Positions 39,623 through 52,298 of a DNA stretch of 64,000 nt are shown in pieces. Source of the DNA: Octopus vulgaris (lineage: Eukaryota); contig OX597834.1 of assembly GCA_951406725.2 (NCBI GenBank), positions 7,316,001-7,380,000 on the forward strand. Reading direction: 5' to 3'. Under the pieces are notes generated by a model. It searched no databases, was not told the DNA's origin, and was given only the letters and a program-made list of their open reading frames with translations. Positions within the stretch are counted from its first letter, which is position 1, and every line of letters begins with the position of its first letter. Both the position numbers and the translations under genes were made by a program.

Positions 39623-40170
39623 GTCAGGTCACTTTTGAGTGCTACTGGTAACATGTAACCCTGTACAACCTGTTGCATAGTCGGGTCGTCGGCGACTAAA
39701 CTGGCAACCCCACCAAGCTTGCTTGGTGAGGAGGGTGTTTATTGGACACCCTGCGGGATGAAAAACAAAACCCAAAGGGCGGAGGAACGCTTGAGAGTCA
39801 ACGGCCAACCAATAAATGTCTTAAGGCTGTATCATGCGCGGGGATATAGAAATAATTGGACTGAATACCCGATCGTGCGGTTAAACCATTGGGAGTGAAG
39901 GACTCCTAGCCTTTGTTAGGGCATTCTTCTAGGAGAAGGTAACTTAGGTAACTGGGATAACTCCGACATAAAACTTGCGGCTCAGTGGTTACCGATGATG
40001 TTGACTTGTTCTTCTTTTCGGATTATGGCTGCTGTTGCTTAGTGAGTGGGGTTGACTCTGTGTACAGCCTTTCCTCACTTTAAAAAATATCTTCTTGCAC
40101 AGGCATTGCACGATAACAACATTGATTCAGCTTCGTGCAATGGCCATACTCGATAACGAGGGGGCAGCCA
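39623..40170 (+). mobile_element. Non-coding RTE-derived bipartite element (5' UTR + 3' tail)
   Basis: RTE 5'UTR-like ctaggagaaggtaact motif. 3' hairpin ctcgataacgagggggcagcca resembles the tail cctcgaccttgagggattgcca of the RTE at 58623-58644. Confidence 0.5.
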
Positions 40171-40172
40171 CC

Positions 40173-40235
<63 letters not shown>

Positions 40236-40861
40236 TCTATGTATGTATGTATGCATGTATATATGCATGTGTGAGTATTAATCTCTGTTTGACATGTTAA
40301 TTTCCGAAAATCAATTTTGGAAATAGCAAACAAGAATTTGTAAACAAAACTAGACCTACACACTTGTGTGATTATGTATTCTTGTGTTTCTATACATATA
40401 CATATGATATAGAATATACATTTATATACATGTGTATCTGTGTGTGTGCGTGCGTGTATGCACGTGTGCATGTATGTAAAGAGAAAGGGGGAAAGGAAGA
40501 GTATGACAGTGTGTTCCACGTTCTATGCTCGACGTCACGTATTGCGTTCTTTTGCATCTACTTGTAATTGATATCCCATAATCGAGTTTGCACGAAACAC
40601 GCATCAATACCACCCGCATTCTCACACTTTTATAGAAAAAAAAATACTCAGTAGAATACAAGACATATTAATAATATTTTCTGGATTTTATATTTTTTAC
40701 TAGGAATAATAGCTATTCTAAACATTTTTAAAAATCACGATTCTTTAATCTCAAATTAAAATGCGTATCCATGTGTATATAGTATGCATGCGCACTTATT
40801 CCTGAACAGTCTTACATTTTAGGTGTGCGTGAATGACCGTTTAAACACATATATGTAAGCG

Positions 40862-40892
<31 letters not shown>

Positions 40893-40905
40893 GTATGTAT
40901 ATATG

Positions 40906-40948
<43 letters not shown>

Positions 40949-41024
40949 ATATATACATATATATATATACATATATATATACATATATATATATACATAT
41001 ACATATATATATATATACATATAC

Positions 41025-41111
<87 letters not shown>

Positions 41112-41205
41112 AATAATTCTTAGAGCGAGTTATACAAAACTTGGGCTACAAACTACAGTAGCATCCACCCTTAGGGATTAGCTATATTCTAATGGCAAAT
41201 ATACG

Positions 41206-41278
<73 letters not shown>

Positions 41279-41437
41279 AAATAAATGTATTTGCATTTTT
41301 TCAGTGTGTACAAACAACATGGAAAAACTAAATAAACAGTTACCAGGTTAGCAAAAAATTCCTATAAGTTCTAAGGATGTTACGATCTACTTATAAAGGT
41401 AGAAATTCCAGGGTTTATTGAAATGTTTTTGTATAAC

Positions 41438-41688
41438 AGATAAATAAAGAAATGGAGTTAAACGCAGGTGTTATTCGAATCTTTATACTCCCGACATTTG
41501 TTTCAAAGAAAACATTGGAATTACTCCAGAGAGAATAAAATGATGTAAAACAATGCAATTTCCTCATCAGGAAAAGAAAGAGAAACAAAATACACCAATT
41601 AGCCATTTTAACCAAATGTGATTACTGCGCGTCGGAAATATAAAGATTTGAATAACACCTGCGTTTAACTCCATTTCCTTATTCATCT
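41438..41688. repeat. Inverted repeat (41438-41495 / 41631-41688) flanking an HHR
   Basis: gaaatggagttaaacgcaggtgttattcgaatctttata..ccgac vs gtcgg..tataaagatttgaataacacctgcgtttaactccatttc. Confidence 0.88.
41488..41575 (-). ncRNA. Type I hammerhead ribozyme
   Basis: Minus: ttttc CTGATGA ggaaattgcattg...caatgttttcttt GAAAC AAAT GTC gggag. Confidence 0.7.
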
Positions 41689-42036
41689 TATATATACATA
41701 GCAAAATTCGACGAACAGTGGGGAAGCACTGCAAAGCAAAGATGCACCACGTGGTAGTAGGACGACACACGACGCCGCCGGTCGGCATAATGATACCTGA
41801 AGGTCGCATCAAGTGGTATCTATAAGCGGAAGACTGAACTGCAACGGGCTTGTCCCAGACAGAACAATTCCGTTTAGTTTTGGGTTCCCCCTCGTACTTT
41901 ACTTCTGAAGAAAACCCATATTGGATACAGCTTAAATTTTACAATTCCTCTCTGTACGATATGATTGTTTGTGTCCATGCTGCTTTTACTTCTCTCTCAC
42001 GTGTAGCGTCGAAGAACTTTACAGCCTTGACTTAAA

Positions 42037-42257
42037 TACTCTTTTACTCTTTTTATTCTTTTACTTGTTTCAGTCATTTGACTGTGACCATGCTGGAGCA
42101 CCGTCTTTAGTCGTGCAAATCGAACCCAAGACTTATTCTTTGTAAGCCTAGTACTTATTCTATCGGTCTGTTTTGCCGAACCGCTAAGTTACTGGGACGT
42201 AAACACACCACCATCGGTTGTCAAGCGATGGTGGGGGGACAAACACAGACACACACA

Positions 42258-42323
<66 letters not shown>

Positions 42324-42497
42324 AATTAAATTAGAGATAAAACCACTATTAGGCAAATCAAACAGTGAAAAACATAAACCCTAACATAGAAATAAAATTA
42401 ATTAATATAATATACAAAATATATAAAATATAAAATTCAAAGTTTAAATTATTTAAATTTAAATTTAAAAATTTGAAATTATTAATTTATATTTATA

Positions 42498-42548
<51 letters not shown>

Positions 42549-42786
42549 TTTATTTATTTATTTCATTAAATATATATAACTATCAAAAAGTATTAAAAAG
42601 TTTAATATATATATACATATATACGACGGGCTTCTTTCAGTTTCCGTCTACCAAATCCACACACAAGGCTTTGGTCGACCCGAGGCTATAGTAGAAGACA
42701 CTTGCCCAAGGTGTCACGCAGTGGGACTGAACACGGAACCATGTTGTTGGTAAGCAAGCTACTTACCACACAGCCTCTCCTACGCT
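42037..42786 (-). mobile_element. SINE family A split by an insertion into its internal (TA)n
   Basis: 3' half 42037-42250, 5' half 42620-42786; AT-rich insert shares taggcaaatcaaacagtgaaaaaca with 50338. Confidence 0.8.
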
Positions 42787-43478
42787 TATAGATGTAGTTG
42801 TATGATGAGAAACTGTTGCGTAGATTTGTTTATCTTCATTTCTAAATCATTATAGTATCTTCCACAGTATGTGTGGTATACTCCACTTACACTGTCGTTG
42901 ATTATTTGATAACATTCTCTGACTTTCCTATGCAACTCTACTTTGTTTATTGGGCTTTATCCGGAGAATTGCTGAGAGCGGATGAAACCATTTACGTGCA
43001 AAAAGTGTAGAAGCTATGATTTCATGAACTCTGAGCAGAATACACCTTCTAATCTGGGATATTATTTAATGGATTATTTTGTCACATGTCATGTCCATTA
43101 TTGAGCTGAAGTTTGCGTGTTCTGTCGCTTTATCGACATAAAAATTAAAGATTTCCAAATACCCAATGCTCTCAACTAATTACGTTTGAAAACAACTGCT
43201 TTGGAAACCATGTTTGTTTGCATCTCGGTAATAGGAACATTTACATTTGGTGTTAGCTTTTATCTTTTACTTGTTTCAGTCATTAGAATGCGACCATGCT
43301 GGGGCAACACCTTGAATATATTTTAGTCGAACGAAACGAACCCAGGGCTTTCATTAAAGCTTGGTACTTATTTTATCAGTCTTTATTGCCTAGGTTACGG
43401 GGTTACGGGGGCGTAAACATACCAACACCGGTTGTCAAGCGGTGATGGGACACATACCCGCACGCATATGCACACACA

Positions 43479-43521
<43 letters not shown>

Positions 43522-43550
43522 AGATACACACACACATATGTATATATATA

Positions 43551-43952
43551 GGTGCAGGAGTGGCTGTGTGGTAAGAAGCTTGTTTGCCAACCACATGGTC
43601 TCGGGTTCAGTCCCACTGCGTGGCACCTTGGACAAGTGTCTTCTACTATAGCCTCGGACCGACCAAAGCCTTGTGAGTGGATTTAGTAGACGGAAACTGT
43701 AAGAAGCCCGTCGTATATATGTATATGTATGCGCGTGTGTGTTTGTGTGTCTGTGTTTGTCCCCCTAGCATTGCATGACAACCGATGCTGGTGTGTTAAT
43801 GTTCCCGTTACCTAGCGGTTCGGCAAAAGAGATCGATAGAATAAGTACTGGGCTTACAAAAGAATAAGTCCCGGAGTCGAGTTGCTCGATTAAAGGCGGT
43901 GCTCCAGCATGGCCGCAGTCAAATGACTGAAACAAGTAAAAGAGAGAGTAAA
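43551..43952 (+). mobile_element. SINE family A
   Basis: Homology to 2919-3350. Confidence 0.9.
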
Positions 43953-43954
43953 GA

Positions 43955-44016
<62 letters not shown>

Positions 44017-44137
44017 CAATTTAGGAATGGCCTTAACAGGCCATTCGTCCACTAGACAGAGCAGCCATAACTCCAACCGCCAAGTAATGTAATTCGGAAA
44101 TAGGTGAAAAATTAAAAAAATTTACCCTAATTCATCT

Positions 44138-44232
44138 TTTACACGATGCATCGTTTCTGCGTTTTTAATGATAGACCAACTTAATTAAATTAAATTAAGC
44201 TAATCTACCATAGGTCACGCTTCGTCAGTAAA
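44138..44232 (-). ncRNA. Hammerhead motif, probably inactive (GUG triplet)
   Basis: Minus: ttta CTGACGA agcg...[atggtagattagcttaatt/aattaagttggtctatcat hairpin]...cgca GAAAC GATGCATC GTG taaa. Palindromic stem III. Confidence 0.68.
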
Positions 44233-45581
44233 GAAACCTTTGGTAGAGGCAAATACACGAGGCTACTGCATCGAAGCCTCTGGAATATCTGTCTTAAAAT
44301 TTTCGAAAACCAGCGCAATCGCGCCAACCTTATCAGCAGCATATATATATACGACGGGCTTCTTTCTGTTTTTGTCTACTAAAACTACTCACAAGGATTT
44401 GGAAGGCCCAAATCTATATGAGAAGACACTTGCCCAAGATGCCACGCAGTGGAATTGAACTGAGAACCATGTGGTTTGGAAGCAAGCGTCTTGCTACACT
44501 GCCACGGAAAATATTTTAAAGTGCGTTGATTCCATTTTGAGAATACCTAACACAGAGAAGCCTCTTGTCTTTGATACTTAAATTGGTATAGAGAGTTAAT
44601 TCTATCTAGTTTTGTATTTGAATATAACTGATTGTATGATCGGTTTTTTTTCCTTTTCCCCTTTTTACCCCTTTTTTCTTCTTTTTTTTCATTTCTCTTT
44701 TCTTTTGTTCTTTTTCCTTTTTTTCTTTCTTTTCCTTTTTTTTTATTTTTTGTTCTTTTTTCCCTTTTGATCGAAAACCTACGCCACCTTTTTTTGTTTC
44801 TTTTGTTTTTTGGTTTTTTTTCATCCTCCAAAAGAAAAGCTCTACCTTGTAACTTCTCCCATCTGTGTGCAGCCCTGTGTGGCCAATAAAGAAACTTATA
44901 ACTGATTGTAAAGACGGAAAGCAACAAGGCCGAAATCTGCTCGTTTGGCAGAAAATAAAACAAACTACAGAATAAACTGTAGCGCGCGCACACACACACA
45001 CACACACACACATACACTCATACACTCATACACACAAACATGTAAACACACAAACACGCACACACATACAAATACAAACACACACAAACATACAGACACA
45101 CACACAAATAAATAAACAGACATACACACGCAAGCCCACAAACACACACACACACACACGGTAGCACACACTCAATTGCACCAACATATACACACAAAAA
45201 CACGCACACACATGCACACAAACACACCATTACACAAACACACACACACACTAATACGCAAACACCCACACAAACACACAAACAGAGAAATACATATACA
45301 CATACAAACACACACAAACACAGAAACACACATGCACAAACACACACAGATACAAGCATACAAACACACATATTCATATGAACACACAAACACACACGGA
45401 CACACGCATACATACATATACAAACACGTACACACATACATGTACACATACATATACACACAAACTTGATTATAACCAATGGCATCTCAAAACTGGTTTT
45501 TCGAATTTTCCCGTTTCCAATCATAAGATTGTATATCTTGTTCATTAGAAGTCGATTCGTTATTCAGAAGATATGAACAAG

Positions 45582-46190
45582 AAGGTGGCGAGCTGGCAGA
45601 AACGTTAGCACGCCGGGCGAAATACTTAGCGGTATTTCGTATGCCGTTACGTTCTGAGTTCAAATTCCGCCGAGGTCGACTTTGCCTTTCATCCTTTCGG
45701 AGTCGATTAAATAAATATCAGTTACGCACTGGGGTTGATGTAATCGACTTAATCCGTTTGTCTGTCCTTGTTTGTCCACTCTATGTTTAGCCCCTTGTGG
45801 GTAATAAAGAAATAGGTATTTCGTGTGCCGTTACAATCTGAGTTCAAATTCGGCTGAGATCGACTTTGCTTTTCATCCTTTCGGGGTCGATTAAATAAAT
45901 ACCAGTTACGCACTGGGGTTGATGTAATCGACTTAATCCGTTTGTCTGTCCTTGTTTGTACCCTCTATGTTTAGCCCCTTGTGGGTAATAAAGAAATAGG
46001 TATTTCGTGTGCCGTTACAATCTGAGTTTAAATTCGGCTGAGATCGACTTTGCTTTTCATCCTTTCGGGGTCGATTAAATAAATACCAGTTACGCACTGG
46101 GGTTGATGTAATCGACTTAATCCGTTTGTCTGTCCTTGTTTGACCTCTCTGTGTTTATCCCCTTGTTGGTAGTAAAGCGATAGAAATAGG
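45582..46190 (+). mobile_element. Tandem SINE B array (3 units, ~185-bp period)
   Basis: ggtatttcgt..gccgttac restarts at ~45631, 45815, 45999. Confidence 0.9.
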
Positions 46191-46921
46191 CATACAGAAA
46201 TATTGTGAATGCAAAGAATATTTGTAAAATTACTACGTTTTTAAACTGTTATTCCAATTTCGTCAATATTTCGTGGTTATTAATTTTACTTAGCATTTGC
46301 ACCTGATCTAATGTATTCAGTATAAATGATGGTTTCGCATTTTGGCACGAGGCTGGCAATTTCAGGGGAGAAAAGGGGGTTAAAGCGATTACATGGATCA
46401 CACAGTTTATGTGGTGCTTATTTTATCGACCCCGAAAGTATGAAAAGCAACGTCGACCTTAATGGCATTTAAACTCAAAACGTAAAGACAAACGAAAGTC
46501 CGCTAAGCATTTTTCCTCAGTTTGCTTAAGATTCTTCCTGATGGTAACATTATCACTAATAGTAAATATTGTTTTCATATTTTGGATCAAGACCAGCAGT
46601 TTTGGGAAAGGGGCTATGTCAACTGTTACTTATTTTATCGACCCAGAAATGATGAAACGCAAAGTCAACCCCGACGGAATTCGAACTCAGCACATAGCGA
46701 TGGACGAAAAGCCGCTAAGCACTTTACCCAGCATGCTAACGATTCTGTCAGGTCGCGGTCTTTATGTGTGTATAAATACTATTTGTAGGTACAATATTTA
46801 AACAATTTATGTTTATATAAAATATTAATAAATTCGGGTATTTAAATTGTGTGTTTGTAAATATTATGAAAATATTTATTGGCATTTAAATACTGGGTTT
46901 ATGAAATATTGTGCGGTTATA

Positions 46922-47171
46922 CGGGTGTTCGGGCTAAATTCGATAGTTTCCATAAAAGGAAAAGAATGAACAATATTTTATCCAAAAGTAAAGGTACTTA
47001 AAAAAATCAATAAGTGAGTGGCTGTGTGGTAAGTAGCTTGTTTACCAACCACATGGTTCCGGGTTCAGTCGGACTGCGTGGCACCTTGGGCAAGTGTCTT
47101 CTACTATAGCCTCGGGCCGACCAAAGCCTTGTGAGTGGATTTGGTAGATGGAAACTAAAAGAAGCCCGTCG

Positions 47172-47203
<32 letters not shown>

Positions 47204-47908
47204 TGTGCGTGTTTGTGTGTCTGTGTTTGTCCCCCTAGCATTGCTTGACAACCGATGCTGGTGTGTTTATGTCCCCGTTACCTAGTGGTTCGGCAAAAGA
47301 GACCGATAGAATAAGTACTGGGCTTACAAAGAATAAGTCCTAGGGTCGATTTGCTCGATTAAAGGCGGTGCTCCAACATGGCCACAGTCAAATGACTGAA
47401 ACAAGTAAAAGAGTAAAGAGTAAGAGTAGATTATGGACAGGAGATAACAGTTTACTCGGAGTAGTCGCTGTCAGCTTCCACCATAGCCTCAAGACGGTTC
47501 CAGAACCTGTTGCATGCATTCTTCACTGTGTTCTTGGGAAGATCTTCGAACACTTCCTTGATGTTGGCCGTCTGCTCGACCTTGTCTTGTAGGCAGAGTG
47601 CTTAATCTCTTTTCAACCTCGCCTCACATATATTAATCCATGAAATTACTGTCAGGGGGAAATGAGAGGCCAGAAATTGGGGCTGCTGAAGTTATAGAAA
47701 TTCTCCTACAACCACTTCAGACAATTTCCGGACTTATGACGAAGACCCGAATCCTACTACAACTCATATGGCCTTCCAGCAGTACTCCTCTCCAGCCGGG
47801 ATTTGACCACAGTGTCTAGCAGCTTCATATAACCGTCTTGGTTGATCTTAAGAGCCTGTCCAAAGATGTCAGGCGGGATAACGTCAGCCTCATTGGAGAG
47901 ACTCCCAA

Positions 47909-47958
<50 letters not shown>

Positions 47959-48498
47959 TGTGAAAAGTCACCAGATATTTAAATGCCCCATTGGGTTAAT
48001 AGTAAATGTTTCATATTTTCTTTTTGTGGTATAGTTCAGATACTTCTTTATTTAGTTCACATTATTTAGTGTAATTCACTACACGAACTGCCCGGATTCC
48101 TTTGCCCGGATCTTTCATCATCTTTTGCTGCAGTTATTGAATGAATCCCTGCGTGCGGACGCAGTCAGAACGCTTGCTGTGACCCTTCCTGTTGGTCACG
48201 GCTTCGTAGTCTCCGTTGCAGCGTTCCATGTCACGTCTTACAGACTTTATAGCGTTCACAGAGCATTAAGCAGTACTTATCACCTCAGCGTATTTGTAGT
48301 CGCCGTCGCGAATCATCATGATACGGCTAACACATTTTCAATATTTAGGCGACTTCCTGTCTTCCATATCAGCAAACGTTGTTTCAATTACAACGTTAAT
48401 CTGTATGCTATCCAACACCTATGACAGTTCATAAATTCATCAAGGTATTCCTGAAAAGGGAAACAATAATTGTTGCCGAATTTAGCCAGAACATCCTG
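46922..48498 (-). mobile_element. Same maT/DD37D-like family with both TIRs, internally deleted, SINE nested
   Basis: TA-cgggtgttcgggctaaattcg ... cgaatttagccagaacatcctg-TA. N-terminal relic ~48100-48330 (CSVNAIKSVRRDM..RKGHSKRSDCVRT); catalytic relic 47455-47910 homologous to 23293-23740. Confidence 0.8.
47015..47425 (+). mobile_element. SINE family A nested in DNA transposon
   Basis: Homology to 2919-3350. Confidence 0.9.
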
Positions 48499-48575
48499 TA
48501 TGTGCGTATATATAAATAGGGTTTGCTTATAAAAAATACGAAATTCTATGCGACTATCTCAGTTTCACGTGAAAT

Positions 48576-48803
48576 GCGGCGAGCTGGCAGAAACGTTAGC
48601 AAGCCGGGCGAAATGCGTAGCCGTATTTCGTCTGCCGTTACGTTCTGAGTTCAAATTCAACCAAGGTCAACTTTACCTTTCATCCTTTCGGGGTCGATAA
48701 ATTAAGTACCAGTTACGCACTGGGGTCGATATAATCGAGTTAATCCCTTTGTCTGTCCTTGTTTGTCCCCTCTGTGTTTAGCCCCTTGTGGGCAGTAAAT
48801 AAA
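48576..48803 (+). mobile_element. SINE family B
   Basis: Homology to 16433-16668. Confidence 0.9.
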
Positions 48804-48904
48804 TATATCTAAGTTTCACGTGACTATATGTATGTATGTATGCGTGTGTGTGTGTGTGTATGTGTCTGCTTTTATGTATGTATATATATATCTGTATATG
48901 TATA

Positions 48905-49082
48905 TACGAAGGGGTACTAAAACATTTCCTGGTATTAAGGGTATTTTACAATGCTTAGAAAAACTGACAGACCGCTGCATTAAGAGTGTGATTTTGAAAG
49001 GGGAATATGTTGAACAAAATCATAATTAACTGACCCTGCGCTATTTTCTTCTACATATAACCAAGAACTTTTCAACACCTAT
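48905..49082 (+). mobile_element. Mariner-derived MITE-sized deletion derivative
   Basis: LEKLTDRCIKSVILKGEYVEQ C-terminus; degenerate TIRs gggg.actaaaacatttcctgg / ccaagaacttttcaacacc. A reverse copy of its 3' end is at 9463-9525. Confidence 0.65.
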
Positions 49083-49332
49083 ACATAAATCTGTTTATTT
49101 TTTCGCTGTTCGAAAAATGTTTGTTATCTACGCTTTTGTTTTTTATGTTCTCGTTTCTCATTCTGTCCACGCTTTTTTATGTCCTGTACCAATATATGCA
49201 TGTATATATACATATATATACTATATTTGTTCCACCTCCTCGCGTTGTTGTGCTTTTTTTTTGTGCTTTCTTGTTTGGATTAACTACATATATATGTAGG
49301 TATGTACATAATATGTATGTATATATGCATAT

Positions 49333-49630
49333 AGGGAATGAAAAATAAAAACATTCACTATCTCCTAGATCAGGATTTCTGACTTTATATTAGCAAATAA
49401 AATAATTTGCTAGGCGAAGTCTTCATCAACAGGTACGCCTAGATTAAACATATAAATACGAGGTAATCCAGCAGGTGCCTCGTGCTTATATATAATTTTT
49501 CAAAATTTGGGTTGCCTCGTATTTATATGTTAAATCTAGGCGTACCTAGCAAATTATTTTATTTGCTAATATAAAGTCAGAAACCATGGTCCAGGAGAGG
49601 GATGGCAAATGTTTTTATTTTTCATTCCCT
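49333..49630. repeat. Fold-back element (arms 49333-49470 / 49508-49630), family of 7367-8003
   Basis: Shares ggRaatgaaaaataaaaac tail and ttcgcct..tttgctaa stem II with the 7.6-kb element. Confidence 0.85.
49364..49433 (-). ncRNA. Degenerate hammerhead in left arm of fold-back 49333-49630
   Basis: Minus: cctg TTGATGA agactt...aagtca GAAA tcctga TC tagg. The right arm keeps GAAACCATGGTC cagg (49580-49595) but has lost the CTGANGA segment. Confidence 0.6.
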
Positions 49631-50378
49631 TCGAAATTTATCCCTAATAGTGGTTTGGAATTTGGCTATTCCTTCTAGCGTGCAAGGAATCCTATGATGG
49701 CTACCTCTTATGTGCTTGAAATTGTATTCGTGTGTTTAAATTGTGATTGTTAGACGAGCTTAAAAATTTGAAAATTTGTAAATCTGTATCATTTGAGTAA
49801 CACGGAAGCCGTTTTTGCGCGTGTTAATTGAGTTAATTAATGATGGAGTTACTTGACAGTAATAGTTACACAAGTATTGGGAATTGGGGAGGAAATAAAA
49901 GGTTTTATATCACTAGAAAGACGTTAGCTGCATGGAGAGAAGTAGGGAATTCGGAGGTTAAGGAATTCCAGAGGAAAGACAAAGAAAGATGGGAAATAAC
50001 TTGACAAAAGGGGTCAGAAGAAATTAAATTATTAGAAGTGAGTTCGATAGTACCAACTTAATGGGACGCCATAGTTAACTCTCAAGGCTGTTATCGTAAG
50101 AGCCGAATTAATTTAGCATAATTATTTGTAATTTTTCAGCAAGCAATTGCAGAGTAGTTCATTAACTGAGCTCAAACCGTTTTAATTTTCGAGACTAACG
50201 GCGACGTTCTTCGTTAATTTGGCAGCTAACATTAAATCTAATGCTCCCGTGTCTAAGAATGGGCGTTGAATCAAGTAAAGAATCTGGGATTCTTCGCACC
50301 CGGAAAATATTTTATATCGACATATATATATATATATTAGGCAAATCAAACAGTGAAAAACACAAGCCAATACATAAA

Positions 50379-50455
<77 letters not shown>

Positions 50456-50656
50456 CGCAACATGTATGGGTGTCAATAATTTATACGTCAATATGCATGT
50501 GCGTGCGTATATATGTTTCTTTCTGAGTTATTTATTAAGGTAGATGAATTCAAGTATATAAGAGCAAAAATAAAATAAAATAAGGTAAATAATACAGATT
50601 GTACGAAAGTGAAATAAATTGAAATAAATTTATGTTCAAATGTGTATAAGTGTGTG

Positions 50657-50740
<84 letters not shown>

Positions 50741-50742
50741 AA

Positions 50743-50904
50743 TAGGAGCAGGTGAGGCCGTGTGGTAAGAAGCTTGCTTCCCAAACACATAGTTCCGGGT
50801 TCAGTCCCACTGCGTGGCACTTTGGGCAAGTGTCTTCTACTAAAGTCTCAGGCCGACCATAGCTTTGCGAGTGGATTTGGTACACGGAAACCGAAAGAAG
50901 CGCA

Positions 50905-50975
<71 letters not shown>

Positions 50976-51233
50976 TGTGTGTATGTTTGTATGTCTGTGT
51001 TTGTGCCCCTAGCATTGCTTGACAACCGATGCTGGTGTGTTTATGTCCCCGTTACCTAGCGGTTCGGCAAAAGAGACCGATAGAATAAGTACTGGGCTTA
51101 CAAAAGAATAAGTCCCGAGGTCGAGTTGTTCGATTAAAGGTGGTGCTCCAGCATGGCCGTAGTCAAATGACTGAAACAAGTAAAAGAGTAAGAGTGTATA
51201 GTCAAATGACTGAAACAAGTAAAAGAGTATAGA

Positions 51234-51283
<50 letters not shown>

Positions 51284-51447
51284 TGCGCTTCTTTCGGTTT
51301 CCGTGTACCAAATCCACTCGCAAAGCTATGGTCGGCCTGAGACTTTAGAAGAAGACACTTGCCAAAAGTGCCACGCAGTGGGACTGAACCCGGAACTATG
51401 TGTTTGGAAAGCAAGCTTCTTACCACACGGCCTCACCTGCTCCTATT

Positions 51448-51501
<54 letters not shown>

Positions 51502-51660
51502 CGGGCTTCTTTCAGTTTCCGTCTACCAAATCCACTCACAAGGCTTTGGTCTACCCGAGGCTATAGATAAAGACACTTGCCCAAGATGCCTCGCAGTGGG
51601 ACTGAACCCGGAACCATGTTGTTGGTAAACAAGCTACTTACCACACAGCCACTCCTGCGC
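50743..51660. mobile_element. SINE A cluster: + copy 50743-51232, inverted duplicate of its head 51279-51448, another - head 51500-51660
   Basis: Homology, plus private variants shared between the first two. Confidence 0.85.
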
Positions 51661-51675
51661 TTATATATATATAAG

Positions 51676-51719
<44 letters not shown>

Positions 51720-51724
<5 letters not shown>

Positions 51725-52180
51725 TGATCAAAATAAAATAAAAACATGATGCGAAGGATTCAGCGGTACATATGATTAGACAGATTTATAACAATGTATA
51801 ATGTATGTCTGTGGCCTTCTTCAGCCGCGCACAACAGCTACAAACATGTGTTACATCAAAATTCTGGTTGGGATGAATCCTCTCATTCGCGGCAAGGATC
51901 CATCAATGTAGAATGTTTATCATTCTACATTGAGAGAAGAAGGAGATGGACGCTTCAATTCTATGCTGCTGCCGCATTATGTCGTACGCGAATGAGAGGA
52001 TTCGCATCCCCAACCAAGAATTTTTGATGTAACACATGTCCTTGTGGAAGCTGTTGTGCGCGGCTGAAGAAGGCCACAGACATACATTATGCATTGTTAT
52101 AAATCTGTCTAATAAAGGCCCGAAACATATGTACCGCTGAATCCTTCGCATCATGTTTTTATTTTATTTTGATCAATTTA
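51720..52180. repeat. Fold-back element (arms 51720-51891 / 51987-52180) with HHR
   Basis: aaattgatcaaaataaaataaaaacatgatgcgaaggattcagcggtacatatg vs reverse complement. The left arm lacks the aaaggcccgaaa segment. Confidence 0.9.
52060..52137 (+). ncRNA. Type I hammerhead ribozyme
   Basis: gcgg CTGAAGA aggcc acaga...tctgt...ggccc GAAAC ATAT GTA ccgc. Palindromic ACATATGT stem III. Confidence 0.82.
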
Positions 52181-52249
52181 CTCCACCACCTACACCACCA
52201 AACGGTATACACAGGTGCTTATAATTATCAAGTACTCACCCCGAATTTC

Positions 52250-52298
<49 letters not shown>

